A stretch of 64,000 nt of DNA, taken from Candidatus Nomurabacteria bacterium RIFCSPLOWO2_01_FULL_42_17 (GTDB lineage: Bacteria > Patescibacteriota > Minisyncoccia > Phycocordibacterales > UBA9973). Position numbers and translations under genes: made by a program. This document shows positions 37,478-47,093 of the stretch, piece by piece; position 1 is the first letter of the stretch, and each line of letters begins with the position of its first letter. Where the stretch lies: the NCBI GenBank assembly GCA_001785985.1, contig MFVE01000008.1, positions 8,751-72,750 of the forward strand, given 5' to 3'. The notes under the pieces were generated by a model, which was not told the DNA's origin, made no database searches, and worked only from the letters and a program-made list of their open reading frames with translations.

Positions 37478-38482
37478 CTAGTCATAATAAACATTCACTC
37501 CGATTTTTTCTCGCACTTCATTCATTTTAGCCGATGCGACTTTTTTGGCTTTTTCGCCTCCGGCTTTTAGGATCGCCAACGCTTTCGGAATATCTTTCGC
37601 AAATTCTTTTCGCCTTTCTCGCAGTGGCGCGATGAATTTTTCCAAATCTTCTATCAACAACTCTTTTAATTCTTTATACTTTCCTGTCTTGCTCTCATAA
37701 ATAGGTAAAAGCTCAGAAGCTGGGCGAAGTAGATTATGTATCGCATAAACATTTTTAGGAATTCCTCCGCTCGCATCTGTCACAATGCTCATCACCGCTT
37801 TTTTTATTTCTTCATACTCAGCAAAAAGCAGAATGGTGTTGCCGTAACTTTTAGACATTTTTCTTCCATCGGTTCCCGGCACCACTGCTACCTTATCCAT
37901 AATCAAAGGCTCAGGTATTTTGAAAGTGTCTCCATAAATTCTGTTGAATTTTTCAGCTGTATCACGAGAAATCTCTATATGTTGTTTTTGGTCCGCTCCT
38001 ACAGGTACGGCATCTGGACTGTATAACAAAATATCAGCCGCTTGGAGCAATGGGTAATTAAAAGTTCCCACAACTATATCTTTATTCTTCGCTTCTGCAT
38101 CTTTAAAAGCATGTGCGCGCATTAAATACGGCATCGTGGTGATGGTGTCAAAAATCCAACACAACTCTGTGTGTTCTGAAATATCTGATTGCTTGAAAAG
38201 CGTCACTTTCTCTGGATCTAGCCCGACGGCTAAATAATCCAGAAGTAAATTCGTTATATTTTCTTTCATTTCCTTCGGATTTTGCAAAGAATGTAAGGCG
38301 TGATAGTCAGCTATGAAAATATAGCAGTCGTAATCATTTGATAAATCCACCCATTGTTTCATCGCCCCAAAATAGTTGCCAATATGGGCTTTTCCTGAAG
38401 ATTGAATGCCCGACAATAATACCTTTTTGCTCATAGGCAACATAATATCATAAAAAGGCTCATTTTGCGATTTTTTGTCCAC
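37478..38482 (-). CDS. trpS: Tryptophanyl-tRNA synthetase
   Basis: 334 aa class Ic synthetase. HIGH variant (SGKAHIGNY), KMSKS and the TrpRS GxDQ motif (VGADQKQHIEIS). Confidence 0.9.
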   Translation of the reverse strand: MDKKSQNEPFYDIMLPMSKKVLLSGIQSSGKAHIGNYFGAMKQWVDLSNDYDCYIFIADYHALHSLQNPKEMKENITNLLLDYLAVGLDPEKVTLFKQSDISEHTELCWIFDTITTMPYLMRAHAFKDAEAKNKDIVVGTFNYPLLQAADILLYSPDAVPVGADQKQHIEISRDTAEKFNRIYGDTFKIPEPLIMDKVAVVPGTDGRKMSKSYGNTILLFAEYEEIKKAVMSIVTDASGGIPKNVYAIHNLLRPASELLPIYESKTGKYKELKELLIEDLEKFIAPLRERRKEFAKDIPKALAILKAGGEKAKKVASAKMNEVREKIGVNVYYD

Positions 38483-38558
38483 ATTTTAATAACACTTTTA
38501 TAAACTTTTGGCCCATTTTCTCATTTTGATAATTTTTCTACTGTGCTAGAATGCCCTT

Positions 38559-39977
38559 ATGGAAAAATCGGCTACTAAAGCAGTAAAAAACATCAGACCA
38601 AAAAATTTGCGCATTCCACCTCAGAGCATCGAATCAGAAATGGCAGTCTTGGGTTCTATCATGCTCCGCAAAGACGCCATGCACGAAGTAGAAGACATGA
38701 TCAGCCCAGAATCTTTTTATGTAGAAAAACATAAAATGATTTTTCAGGCCATGCTTGATCTGTCGAACAAGAACGAGCCGATAGATATGCTCTCGCTCTC
38801 GACAAAGCTCGGAGAACAAAAATTGCTCGATAATGTGGGCGGAAATGTTTATCTGGCCGAAATAGTCAACGTCGTCCCCTCCTCTACCAACGTCAAACAC
38901 TATGCCGATATCGTACAAAAAAAATATGTCCTGCGAAGTCTGATCGAAGCCGCCGACTATGTGTCGGAGCTCGCCTTTGAAGAAGGAGACGACCGCATGG
39001 ACGATATCTTGGACATGGCGGAAAAGAAAATTTTTAGCGTCGTCTCCAGCCCAAAAAATCAAAAATTCGTAAACCTAAAAGATGCGCTACCGGAAGCTTA
39101 TGAACGATTAGAAAAATTACATGAACACAAGGGCATGCTGCGCGGACTGCCGACTGGTTTTAAAGATTTAGATAACATATTATCCGGCCTACAAAAGTCT
39201 GATCTAGTGATTCTCGCCGCGCGGCCGAGTATGGGTAAGACTACTCTGGCACTAGACATCGCACGCATGACTTCTACGACTCACGAAAAATCCGTGGTGA
39301 TATTTTCTCTGGAAATGTCCTCCCAACAATTAGTGGACAGAATGCTCTCGGCCGAGAGTCGAGTAAATGCGTGGAACTTGCGTACAGGACGAATATCAGA
39401 TGAAAAAGGAGACTTTATTAAGCTTCAACATTCACTTGATAAACTCGCCAAAGCTAAAATTTATATTGACGACCAGCCAGGAAATTCAATAGTTCGAATG
39501 AAGGCTCTTTCGCGCCGATTGAAAGCAGAAAAAGGGCTTGACCTCATCGTCGTAGACTATCTGCAACTCATGTCTACTTCAAAAAATTATGATTCAATGG
39601 TGAATCAAGTGACAGAAATCAGTAGATCGTTGAAAGGCTTGGCAAAAGAACTCGACGTGCCGGTTCTCGCACTCTCCCAGCTTTCTCGTGCGGTGGAATC
39701 TCGCGGTGGTAAACCTCGCCTTTCTGATCTTCGTGATTCGGGATCTATTGAGCAAGACGCAGATGTCGTAATGTTCCTACATCGAGATGATAAAGGAAAA
39801 GACGAATCAGAAAAAACAAATATCGTTGAAATTTTGATTGAAAAACACCGAAATGGCCCGATTGGGAAAATAGAACTCTATTTCGATGAAAAAACCACTA
39901 CCTTCCAAAGCCTAGAAAAGAGCAGCCTAAGTGAATTCGCTCCGTCAAAGGTAAAGGGAGATTTGGATGCGTTTTAA
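38559..39977 (+). CDS. dnaB: Replicative DNA helicase
   Basis: 472 aa. DnaB N-terminal domain, Walker A (ARPSMGKTT), and RecA-like C-terminal motifs. Confidence 0.92.
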   Translation: MEKSATKAVKNIRPKNLRIPPQSIESEMAVLGSIMLRKDAMHEVEDMISPESFYVEKHKMIFQAMLDLSNKNEPIDMLSLSTKLGEQKLLDNVGGNVYLAEIVNVVPSSTNVKHYADIVQKKYVLRSLIEAADYVSELAFEEGDDRMDDILDMAEKKIFSVVSSPKNQKFVNLKDALPEAYERLEKLHEHKGMLRGLPTGFKDLDNILSGLQKSDLVILAARPSMGKTTLALDIARMTSTTHEKSVVIFSLEMSSQQLVDRMLSAESRVNAWNLRTGRISDEKGDFIKLQHSLDKLAKAKIYIDDQPGNSIVRMKALSRRLKAEKGLDLIVVDYLQLMSTSKNYDSMVNQVTEISRSLKGLAKELDVPVLALSQLSRAVESRGGKPRLSDLRDSGSIEQDADVVMFLHRDDKGKDESEKTNIVEILIEKHRNGPIGKIELYFDEKTTTFQSLEKSSLSEFAPSKVKGDLDAF

Positions 39978-39983
39978 TCAGCT

Positions 39984-40595
39984 ATGGATATCATAGACAA
40001 ATTATCAGAAATTTTTAAAGAATTTCCCGGCATTGGAGAGAGGCAAGCTAGACGCTTTGTCTATTTTTTGATGTACAAGAATCCCGCATATGCGGAAAAC
40101 TTATGTTCCCTGATCGCTGACTTGAAAAAAGAAGTAGCGCAATGCAGAGAGTGCTTTAGATTTTTTATTTTAAATAAAAGTAAAGAAAGATTGTGCGATG
40201 TTTGCGCGAATCCAAACGTCGACTCTTCCACCTTGATGGTGATCGAAAAAGATTCTGATTTAGAAAGTGTGAAGAAAAGTAGAGTCTACAATGGCAAGTA
40301 TTTTATTCTGGGTGGACTCGTTCCTATCGTTGAAAAAACCACAAAGAGCAGAATTAGAATCGAAGAATTAAAAAACAAAATATCCAAAGGCAAAGATTTA
40401 AAAGAGATAATTCTAGCATTTTCCTTGAGTCCCCAGGGAGACCATACCGATTCTTATGTCCGAGAACAAATAAAAGATACAGCAGAAAAATCTGGAATCA
40501 AGGTTTCCTCTCTCGGCAAAGGCCTCTCCACCGGCACCGAACTCGAATACTCCGATAACGATACCCTCAAAAATGCGCTAAAAAATAGACAATAA
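39984..40595 (+). CDS. recR: Recombination protein RecR
   Basis: 203 aa. HhH (FPGIGERQARR), C4 zinc finger (CRECFRF...CDVCAN) and Toprim domain. Confidence 0.9.
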   Translation: MDIIDKLSEIFKEFPGIGERQARRFVYFLMYKNPAYAENLCSLIADLKKEVAQCRECFRFFILNKSKERLCDVCANPNVDSSTLMVIEKDSDLESVKKSRVYNGKYFILGGLVPIVEKTTKSRIRIEELKNKISKGKDLKEIILAFSLSPQGDHTDSYVREQIKDTAEKSGIKVSSLGKGLSTGTELEYSDNDTLKNALKNRQ

Positions 40596-40596
40596 T

Positions 40597-40624
40597 AATC
40601 CCGCATCGGCGGGATTATTTTATA
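40597..40624. terminator. Bidirectional intrinsic terminator between convergent recR and rplU (AATCCCGC-ATCG-GCGGGATT + ATTTTAT)
   Basis: 8-bp perfect stem with a 4-nt loop. T-rich on the plus strand and A-rich upstream, which reads T-rich on the minus strand. Confidence 0.55.
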
Positions 40625-40953
40625 GAAGTAATTTTCACTTTAAAAAATGGCTGGCGGTGGCCGTTCCTGCGTAAGTAACGAGATTTTTGTTTGTATTTTA
40701 CGACGAGGATTTTTCGAGCGCGGCCGATTTCTACAATTTCCGCATTTACTTTTGCGCCAGTGATATATGGAGTGCCGATAGTAGTATTTTTGCCATCATC
40801 AACGAGCAAAACCTTGTCAAAAGAAATTAGTTCCCCCTTTTTGTAATCGCCAGACTTGCCGCCCTTTATTTTCTCAATAGAAACAAGGCCTCCCTCGGAG
40901 ACTTTGTATTGCTTGCCGCCTGTTTGTATAACTGCAAATTCCTCTGTATTCAT
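40615..40953 (-). CDS. rplU: 50S ribosomal protein L21
   Basis: FAVIQTGGKQYKV...GHRQPFFKVKI matches L21. The ORF-track N-terminal extension is probably spurious. The start is placed at MNTEEF, with MSHMNTEEF as an alternative. Confidence 0.85.
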   Translation of the reverse strand: MNTEEFAVIQTGGKQYKVSEGGLVSIEKIKGGKSGDYKKGELISFDKVLLVDDGKNTTIGTPYITGAKVNAEIVEIGRARKILVVKYKQKSRYLRRNGHRQPFFKVKITSIK

Positions 40954-41049
40954 ATGGCTCATATTATATGAAATTTCATAAAAAGGCAAGCCCCGCCTCA
41001 TTGAAATTAAAAATTTGGCGGCGGGGCAAGTATTTGATATACTTACCCT

Positions 41050-42066
41050 ATGCAAACAAAAATTATTGAGAAGTATTTTTTCTTCGGTTTATTGCTCACG
41101 ACCTTTCTCTTTGCTTTTTTTATTTTCCGCCCTTTTTGGATAGTGCTGGTGCTTGGCATCTCTTTCTCGATCGTTCTCTATCCGGTATATGAATGGTTTC
41201 ATAAAAAGCGTCTGCCAAACTGGCTTTCTGCTCTTTTGACAGTTTTTCTTTTTATCATCGTACTTTGTGGTCCGCTTTTTACCATCGGCGCGGTGGTTTT
41301 CAAGCAAAGCCAGGACGTCTACCATACAGTAACGAGTAATGAAAGCACCGGGGCATTTTTGAACTCAATCGAAGAGAAAGTAAATAAAATATTGCCTTCC
41401 GGGATGACTTTTGATGTTGAGGAAAAAACAAAGGAATTTATCTCTTTCGTCTCAAACAATGTAGCCAGTATCTTTACTGCCACAGTCTCAGCATTTTTTT
41501 CATTTGTATTGGTCCTCTTAATTATGTTTTATATTCTCAAAGATGGAGCGCACTGGAGGAAAGCCATTATCGTACTCAGTCCGCTCGGAGACAAAGATGA
41601 TGAAAAAATAATCAATAAATTGGCGCAAGCGGTAAATGGCATAATCAAAGGATCTCTTTTTATAGCTCTGATTCAAGGCGTATTGCTCGGATTTGGGCTC
41701 TGGCTTTTCGGCATCAATAACGCGGCTCTATGGGGCGTGGTGGCGGCTATCACGTCTCTTATCCCCACTCTTGGAACTTCCCTTGTCTCAATTCCCGCAA
41801 TCGTTTTCCTTTTTGCCACTGGGAATACTCCTGCCGCTATCGGCCTTTTGATCTGGGCAGTGGTGATGGTGGGAATGATAGATAATCTCCTGGGTCCGCT
41901 GATCGTAGGCAAAAAAATACAAATCTCTTCCCTTTTGATTCTTTTCTCCGTGCTGGGAGGAATCTCGCTCTTGGGACCAGTCGGCGTCTTGGTCGGACCT
42001 TTGACCATAAGCTTGCTCTACACTCTGATCTCAATCTACACGAATGAATTTAAACAAAACACATGA
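41050..42066 (+). CDS. AI-2E family transporter (PerM/YhhT-like permease)
   Basis: 338 aa, about 8 TM helices, with the UPF0118/AI-2E family layout. Confidence 0.75.
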   Translation: MQTKIIEKYFFFGLLLTTFLFAFFIFRPFWIVLVLGISFSIVLYPVYEWFHKKRLPNWLSALLTVFLFIIVLCGPLFTIGAVVFKQSQDVYHTVTSNESTGAFLNSIEEKVNKILPSGMTFDVEEKTKEFISFVSNNVASIFTATVSAFFSFVLVLLIMFYILKDGAHWRKAIIVLSPLGDKDDEKIINKLAQAVNGIIKGSLFIALIQGVLLGFGLWLFGINNAALWGVVAAITSLIPTLGTSLVSIPAIVFLFATGNTPAAIGLLIWAVVMVGMIDNLLGPLIVGKKIQISSLLILFSVLGGISLLGPVGVLVGPLTISLLYTLISIYTNEFKQNT

Positions 42067-43517
42067 TTTCAGGTAAAAAAATAATATTGTATAACACTCT
42101 CTCGCGGACAAAAGAAAACTTCGCCCCTATTAATAAAAAGGAAGTTCGAATGTATACTTGCGGACCGACGGTGTATAACTATGCCCATATAGGAAACCTG
42201 AGGTCTTATGTCTTTTCTGATATTTTACAAAAAACTTTAGAGTATTCTGGATATAGAGTAAAACGTGTTATGAACATCACCGATATTGGGCACCTTTCCA
42301 GCGATGCTGACTCGGGAGAAGATAAAATGACAAAGGGACTTTTGCGTGAAGGTAAAACTCTTACGCTCAAAAATATGCGTGAGCTTGCAGAATTTTATAC
42401 AGAAAAATTCAAAGAAGATTTAAAAGCTTTGAATATTAAAATACCTACCGATCTATACTTCGCGAGTGATTATGTCAAAGAAGATATCGAACTCATCCAA
42501 AAATTAGAAAAAAAGAGTTACACATACCAAATTAGCGATGGGATTTATTTTGATATTTCTAAAATGCCGGATTATGGAATTCTGTGGGGAGGCAAAGGGA
42601 ATAAGGAAACCAAAAATGAATCGCAAACTAGAATTGGAGAAAATTCCGAAAAAAGAAACTCGGAAGATTTTGCTCTGTGGAAATTTGATAAGAAAATAGG
42701 TTTTGAGTCGCCTTGGGGTACAGGATTTCCCGGTTGGCATATTGAATGCTCGGCAATGGGTATAAAATTCTTGGGCGAACAATTTGATATTCATACGGGA
42801 GGAATTGATCATATTCCTGTACATCATACTAACGAAATCGCGCAATCAGAATGCGCAACCGGCAAAAAACCTTTCGTGAAATATTGGATACATCACGAAT
42901 TCTTAGACACGAGCAAGGGAGAGAAAATGGCAAAATCTGGCGAAAATTTTATTACTTTGCGCACCTTGACTGAAAAAGGAATGCACCCGATAACTTATAG
43001 ATTCTGGCTCTTGATGGGCCATTACCGCACTAAGCTAAACTTCGTCTGGGAGGCCCTGGAGGGCGCAGAAACGGCCCTAAAACGGCTTTATAATCTATAT
43101 AGTGAGCTCGGCCCCTCCTCCGCCAAGGCTTCGGCGGGCAAGGAAGATGTCGGCAAAGTAAATAAAGAATACCAAAATAAATTTAAAGAATTTATAGATG
43201 ATGATCTGGATACTCCGAGAGCTTTGACCGTCTTGTGGGATGTATTAAAAGATGAAAATATTTCCAATGCCGACAAAAAAGCGACCGTTTTGGATTTTGA
43301 TAAAGTACTGGGGCTAGGCTTCTCCACCCAAGGCGGACCAGCCTCGGGCTGGGAAAATGACCCTAACGCAGAAAAAATTTCTACATTAGTAGAAGAGCGC
43401 GAACAAGCTCGCCAAAATAAAGATTTCCAAAAATCCGACGAGCTCCGCAAAGAAATAAATTCTCTAGGTTATGAGGTAAAGGATACAACCGAGGGACAAA
43501 AGATTTCTAAGATTTAA
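42063..43517 (+). CDS. cysS: Cysteinyl-tRNA synthetase
   Basis: 484 aa. HIGH (NYAHIGN), KMSKS (KMAKS), the zinc-ligand Cys in MYTCGPTVY, and a DALR anticodon-binding domain. Contains a GC-rich patch at about 43030-43150. Confidence 0.9.
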   Translation: MISGKKIILYNTLSRTKENFAPINKKEVRMYTCGPTVYNYAHIGNLRSYVFSDILQKTLEYSGYRVKRVMNITDIGHLSSDADSGEDKMTKGLLREGKTLTLKNMRELAEFYTEKFKEDLKALNIKIPTDLYFASDYVKEDIELIQKLEKKSYTYQISDGIYFDISKMPDYGILWGGKGNKETKNESQTRIGENSEKRNSEDFALWKFDKKIGFESPWGTGFPGWHIECSAMGIKFLGEQFDIHTGGIDHIPVHHTNEIAQSECATGKKPFVKYWIHHEFLDTSKGEKMAKSGENFITLRTLTEKGMHPITYRFWLLMGHYRTKLNFVWEALEGAETALKRLYNLYSELGPSSAKASAGKEDVGKVNKEYQNKFKEFIDDDLDTPRALTVLWDVLKDENISNADKKATVLDFDKVLGLGFSTQGGPASGWENDPNAEKISTLVEEREQARQNKDFQKSDELRKEINSLGYEVKDTTEGQKISKI

Positions 43518-43849
43518 CCCAACTTCCCTCCTAATACCGCACCATCTTTGTCGGGCGTAATTAATATCACCTTTCCTTCTGCGTTAACCACGCCGAGCGT
43601 CAGAACTTCTGACTCAAAGGGTCCTACTTTTCTAACCGGAAAATTTACTACACCCAGAACAACCTTTCCCATCAAATCCTCTTTCGTGTACAAAGCAACG
43701 ATTTGAGAAAAAGAATTCTTAATTCCAATTTCAGGACCAAAATCTATTCTTAACTTATATCCAGGCTTTCTGGCTTCTGGATAATCATTTGCTTCGATTA
43801 TTTTCCCCACCCTAATATCTAATTTTTCAAAATCTTCTATTGTTGCCAT
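43514..43849 (-). CDS. tRNA-binding domain protein (CsaA/Trbp111/EMAP-like OB fold)
   Basis: 111 aa. FEKLDIRVGKIIEA...SQIVALY...GKVVLGVVNFP pattern. Confidence 0.75.
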   Translation of the reverse strand: MATIEDFEKLDIRVGKIIEANDYPEARKPGYKLRIDFGPEIGIKNSFSQIVALYTKEDLMGKVVLGVVNFPVRKVGPFESEVLTLGVVNAEGKVILITPDKDGAVLGGKLG

Positions 43850-43858
43850 ATAATTTTA

Positions 43859-44437
43859 TTATACCTTAAAAATTTTCTTGCGATATATACAAAATACGAT
43901 AGCTATATTTATTAATATATTATATATACCAAAAGAATAGATAGTGAAGATCCAGTTTTTGATAATAAATAAGCCCAAGATGTTACCAAATATACCCGTT
44001 ATGTAGGTTACAGAGTTTTCTGTTTCTGGAAATTTCCATGACTTTATGAGCGTGGGTATTGCTGCTAGGCCATCGCTTAGGATTGCAAATACTATTGATA
44101 TGCCTAGATTGTGAGTTACTACATAGAGTATCAAGGACAGAAGAGCGAGTAACCCACAAATTATATCTAAAGTATTTAACTTCCAATAAGCATTTTTTTT
44201 AAAGAGAAAAAGAACGATGACAAGAAGAGGTCCAAAGCCAGCCATAAATACAGGCAACACAGAAAGACCTGCTCCAGCTTTTAGCTGTAGAAATACCGCA
44301 ATAAAAGGAGCCAACATCCAAAGAAACCAAGAAACTAAATTGGGTCGCGTATTCCCGTAAATAATACTCTTGAGATACCAAAATATACCTACAAGGCTTA
44401 CGAAAACTCCAATATAAATGATTTTTTCGGGAAGCAT
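43859..44437 (-). CDS. Hypothetical integral membrane protein (about 6 TM)
   Basis: 192 aa, hydrophobic, with no recognisable family. Confidence 0.45.
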   Translation of the reverse strand: MLPEKIIYIGVFVSLVGIFWYLKSIIYGNTRPNLVSWFLWMLAPFIAVFLQLKAGAGLSVLPVFMAGFGPLLVIVLFLFKKNAYWKLNTLDIICGLLALLSLILYVVTHNLGISIVFAILSDGLAAIPTLIKSWKFPETENSVTYITGIFGNILGLFIIKNWIFTIYSFGIYNILINIAIVFCIYRKKIFKV

Positions 44438-44440
44438 ATA

Positions 44441-45517
44441 TTATATGCCCTCTTTTTTTAGCTCTTCTATGAGTTTGCGAGATTCGCGAGAAAGTTTTCC
44501 GGGAAGTTTGATGTTGAGTTTGATCAAGAGATCTCCGCGTTTGTTTTTCCCGATGGGCACGCCCTTTCCTCGCACGCGCAGAATTTCATTTACAGATACG
44601 CCCTCCGGAATTGTAACTTTGATCTCACCATCTAGAGTTTGGATTGGATATTCTGTACCCAATAGCGCTTCAGAAAGCTTTAAATTCAAATTCATCGATA
44701 AATCATTGCCATCACGTTTGAAGACCGGGTGAGAAGCCACATTTATTTTTATATAAAGATCGCCAGTAGTACCCTTCGAAACGGCTTCGCCAAAACCCGT
44801 CATTCGAATCATTTCCCCATCTCGTATGCCAGCTGGAATAACAATGGAAACTTCTTCCTCACGACGGAGCACCCCTTTGCCTTTGCATGTCTCACAAATC
44901 TCTTTTGGCACTTCACCTGTACCTAAACAAACTTCACAGATTTTTGTACTCGCGATATTTCCAAAAATTGTTCTTTTTGATTCACGAATATGCCCTTGGC
45001 CATTGCAAGTCTTGCAAGTTTCCATCTTTGTTCCCGCTTTCGCTCCAGAGCCATGACAAGTAAGACAATTGGAAGTTTTGGTAATCAAAATTTTTCGATT
45101 AGTGCCGAAAATAGAATCAGAAAAAGAAATTTGAACTTCGGTCGAAATATCCCGCCCACGTCTCGCTTCCCTTCTACCTCCGCCGCCGCCAAAGAAATCA
45201 CTGAAAATGTCGTTCAAATTTCCAAAATCAAAATCCGCCCCTCCACCCCGCTCGAAACCAGAAAAATCGAAGCCTTCAAACCCAGACTGCGAGCCGCCAA
45301 AGCCTTGAGCGTCGGCGCTGCCGTATTGGTCGTATTTTGAACGCTTAGCATCATCAGAAAGCACTTGATATGCCTCATTCACTTGCTTGAATTTTGCCTC
45401 ATTCCCCTCTTTTTTATCAGGATGATATTTATGCGCGAGCTTGTAGAAGGCCTTTTTTATTTCGTCCTTGGATGCGCCCTTATTTACTCCCAATGTTTCG
45501 TAATAGTCTTTTGCCAT
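44441..45517 (-). CDS. dnaJ: Chaperone DnaJ
   Basis: 358 aa. J-domain with HPD, a G/F region, and four CxxCxGxG zinc-finger repeats. Confidence 0.92.
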   Translation of the reverse strand: MAKDYYETLGVNKGASKDEIKKAFYKLAHKYHPDKKEGNEAKFKQVNEAYQVLSDDAKRSKYDQYGSADAQGFGGSQSGFEGFDFSGFERGGGADFDFGNLNDIFSDFFGGGGGRREARRGRDISTEVQISFSDSIFGTNRKILITKTSNCLTCHGSGAKAGTKMETCKTCNGQGHIRESKRTIFGNIASTKICEVCLGTGEVPKEICETCKGKGVLRREEEVSIVIPAGIRDGEMIRMTGFGEAVSKGTTGDLYIKINVASHPVFKRDGNDLSMNLNLKLSEALLGTEYPIQTLDGEIKVTIPEGVSVNEILRVRGKGVPIGKNKRGDLLIKLNIKLPGKLSRESRKLIEELKKEGI

Positions 45518-45524
45518 AAATTAT

Positions 45525-46994
45525 TTATATCATAGGCTCGGCTTCTTGTGAAGTTTTTTCTTTTTCGCCTTTCTCTTTTTCTTTTCTTTTCGCTCTGCCT
45601 TCGATGATCGCTTTTTCTTCAGCGCTACGAATGATCGTGGCCTCTTCTTCCGCGATCAGTTTGGCCGCATCGTCTTTTGGTATTGAATACTTTCGGCGCG
45701 AAGCATCAATAATTTCTTTCCTGAAAGATTTATGAGTCGCCGGCAAAACCCGGAGAGTTTCCGCTGAAAAAGGATCATATGATTCACCGTCGATCGTCAT
45801 TTTCACATAGATTTCGCCAACGGCGAGATTGATCATGTCTTTTACATCGAAAAGAGGCGCAAACTCTGGCTTTAATTTGACCGCATCTTCTCCACCGACG
45901 CGAAAAGTTATAACATTTCCCACATTTCCGAGCACTGCTTGATGCACCTTGGGCAAGATCTGGCCTACATACTGGTGCGCGATGGTCAGGTTTAGCCCGT
46001 ACTTGCGAGCTTCGGATAAAATATTTTCGAAAGTTTGAGTAACGACATTTTGAAACTCATCTACGTATAGATAAAAGTCTAGGCGATCTTTTTCCGGAAT
46101 AGCCGCGCGCTCCATTCCCGCCTGCTTTATTTTAGTCAAAAATATCGAACCGAGAAAAGAAGAATTTTCTTCGCCCAGACGGCCCTTGGAAAGATTGATG
46201 AAAATTATTTTCTGTTCATTCATCAATTTGCTGATATCTATCTTATTTTGTTTCTGGCCGAAAATGTTGCGTAAAAGCGGATCCGAGAGGAATTGCCCGA
46301 GCTTGTTTACTAGTGGAATGATAGCATCAGTATCAAACTTCTCGGACCAATCGGCAAATTCGATAGCGAAGAATCTTTTGACCATGTCATCCGTGATGTA
46401 TTCCACCACCTTCTGTCTGTAATTTCGGTCAGTCAGCATCGAGATCATCCCGCGCATCGTCGCGTGCGGATAATCGAGAAGCGCGAGACAAGTAAAACGG
46501 AAGACGTGCTCCAAGCGCGGCGTCCAATTTGCCCCGAATTGTTTCTGAAACACTTCGATGAGTCCCTGCGTCAGCTGAAACTTGAACATCGGGTCCACAT
46601 TCGCGAGCGGATTAAAAGATGCCGGGAAATCAATATCAGCTGGATCAATAATACACACGTCCTCCATTCTCTCTTTCGGCACATAGTCCAGCATTGCATC
46701 GATGACATCTCCATGCGGATCAATCAGGCAGAGACCATGCCCATAGGTCACATCTTGCCGAAGCATCAGTTCGAGCAGTTTCGTTTTGCCCACGCCGGAC
46801 TTGCCAATAATATAAAGATGGCGGCGGCGGTCCACCCGCTTGATGCCAAAGATAAATTTCTTTTCCTCTAAAGCGGCCACATAATTCGTCCGCCCAATGA
46901 AAGAAACATCTTCAGGTTTGACCTTGCCGAAGACCGGCAACTCTGGCGGCGGCGGTCCGTATTTGATTATTTGCACTCGATTCGGCTTTGGCAT
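45525..46994 (-). CDS. Soluble HerA/FtsK-superfamily P-loop ATPase (DUF87 / T4CP-VirD4-like 'type IV secretion DNA-binding domain' type), copy A
   Basis: 489 aa. Walker A IIGKSGVGKT followed by LIDPHGD, Walker B LYVDEFQN, and an AHQ motif. No TM segment. Paralogue of 49502-51610. Confidence 0.7.
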   Translation of the reverse strand: MPKPNRVQIIKYGPPPPELPVFGKVKPEDVSFIGRTNYVAALEEKKFIFGIKRVDRRRHLYIIGKSGVGKTKLLELMLRQDVTYGHGLCLIDPHGDVIDAMLDYVPKERMEDVCIIDPADIDFPASFNPLANVDPMFKFQLTQGLIEVFQKQFGANWTPRLEHVFRFTCLALLDYPHATMRGMISMLTDRNYRQKVVEYITDDMVKRFFAIEFADWSEKFDTDAIIPLVNKLGQFLSDPLLRNIFGQKQNKIDISKLMNEQKIIFINLSKGRLGEENSSFLGSIFLTKIKQAGMERAAIPEKDRLDFYLYVDEFQNVVTQTFENILSEARKYGLNLTIAHQYVGQILPKVHQAVLGNVGNVITFRVGGEDAVKLKPEFAPLFDVKDMINLAVGEIYVKMTIDGESYDPFSAETLRVLPATHKSFRKEIIDASRRKYSIPKDDAAKLIAEEEATIIRSAEEKAIIEGRAKRKEKEKGEKEKTSQEAEPMI

Positions 46995-47093
46995 AATTTA
47001 TTATTGTATCATATTCCCCTCTTGAGGGGTGGCTTTAGCCGGGGTGGAAAATCCATCCACCTCCCCCTAAAGGGTACTCCTCAAGAGGAGAAC

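Noticed and set aside
43030-43150. GC-rich patch inside cysS (about 43030-43150) as another inserted element
   Set aside because: No clear palindromic termini or similarity to the 40-bp element. It could be ordinary coding variation in the CysRS C-terminal linker.
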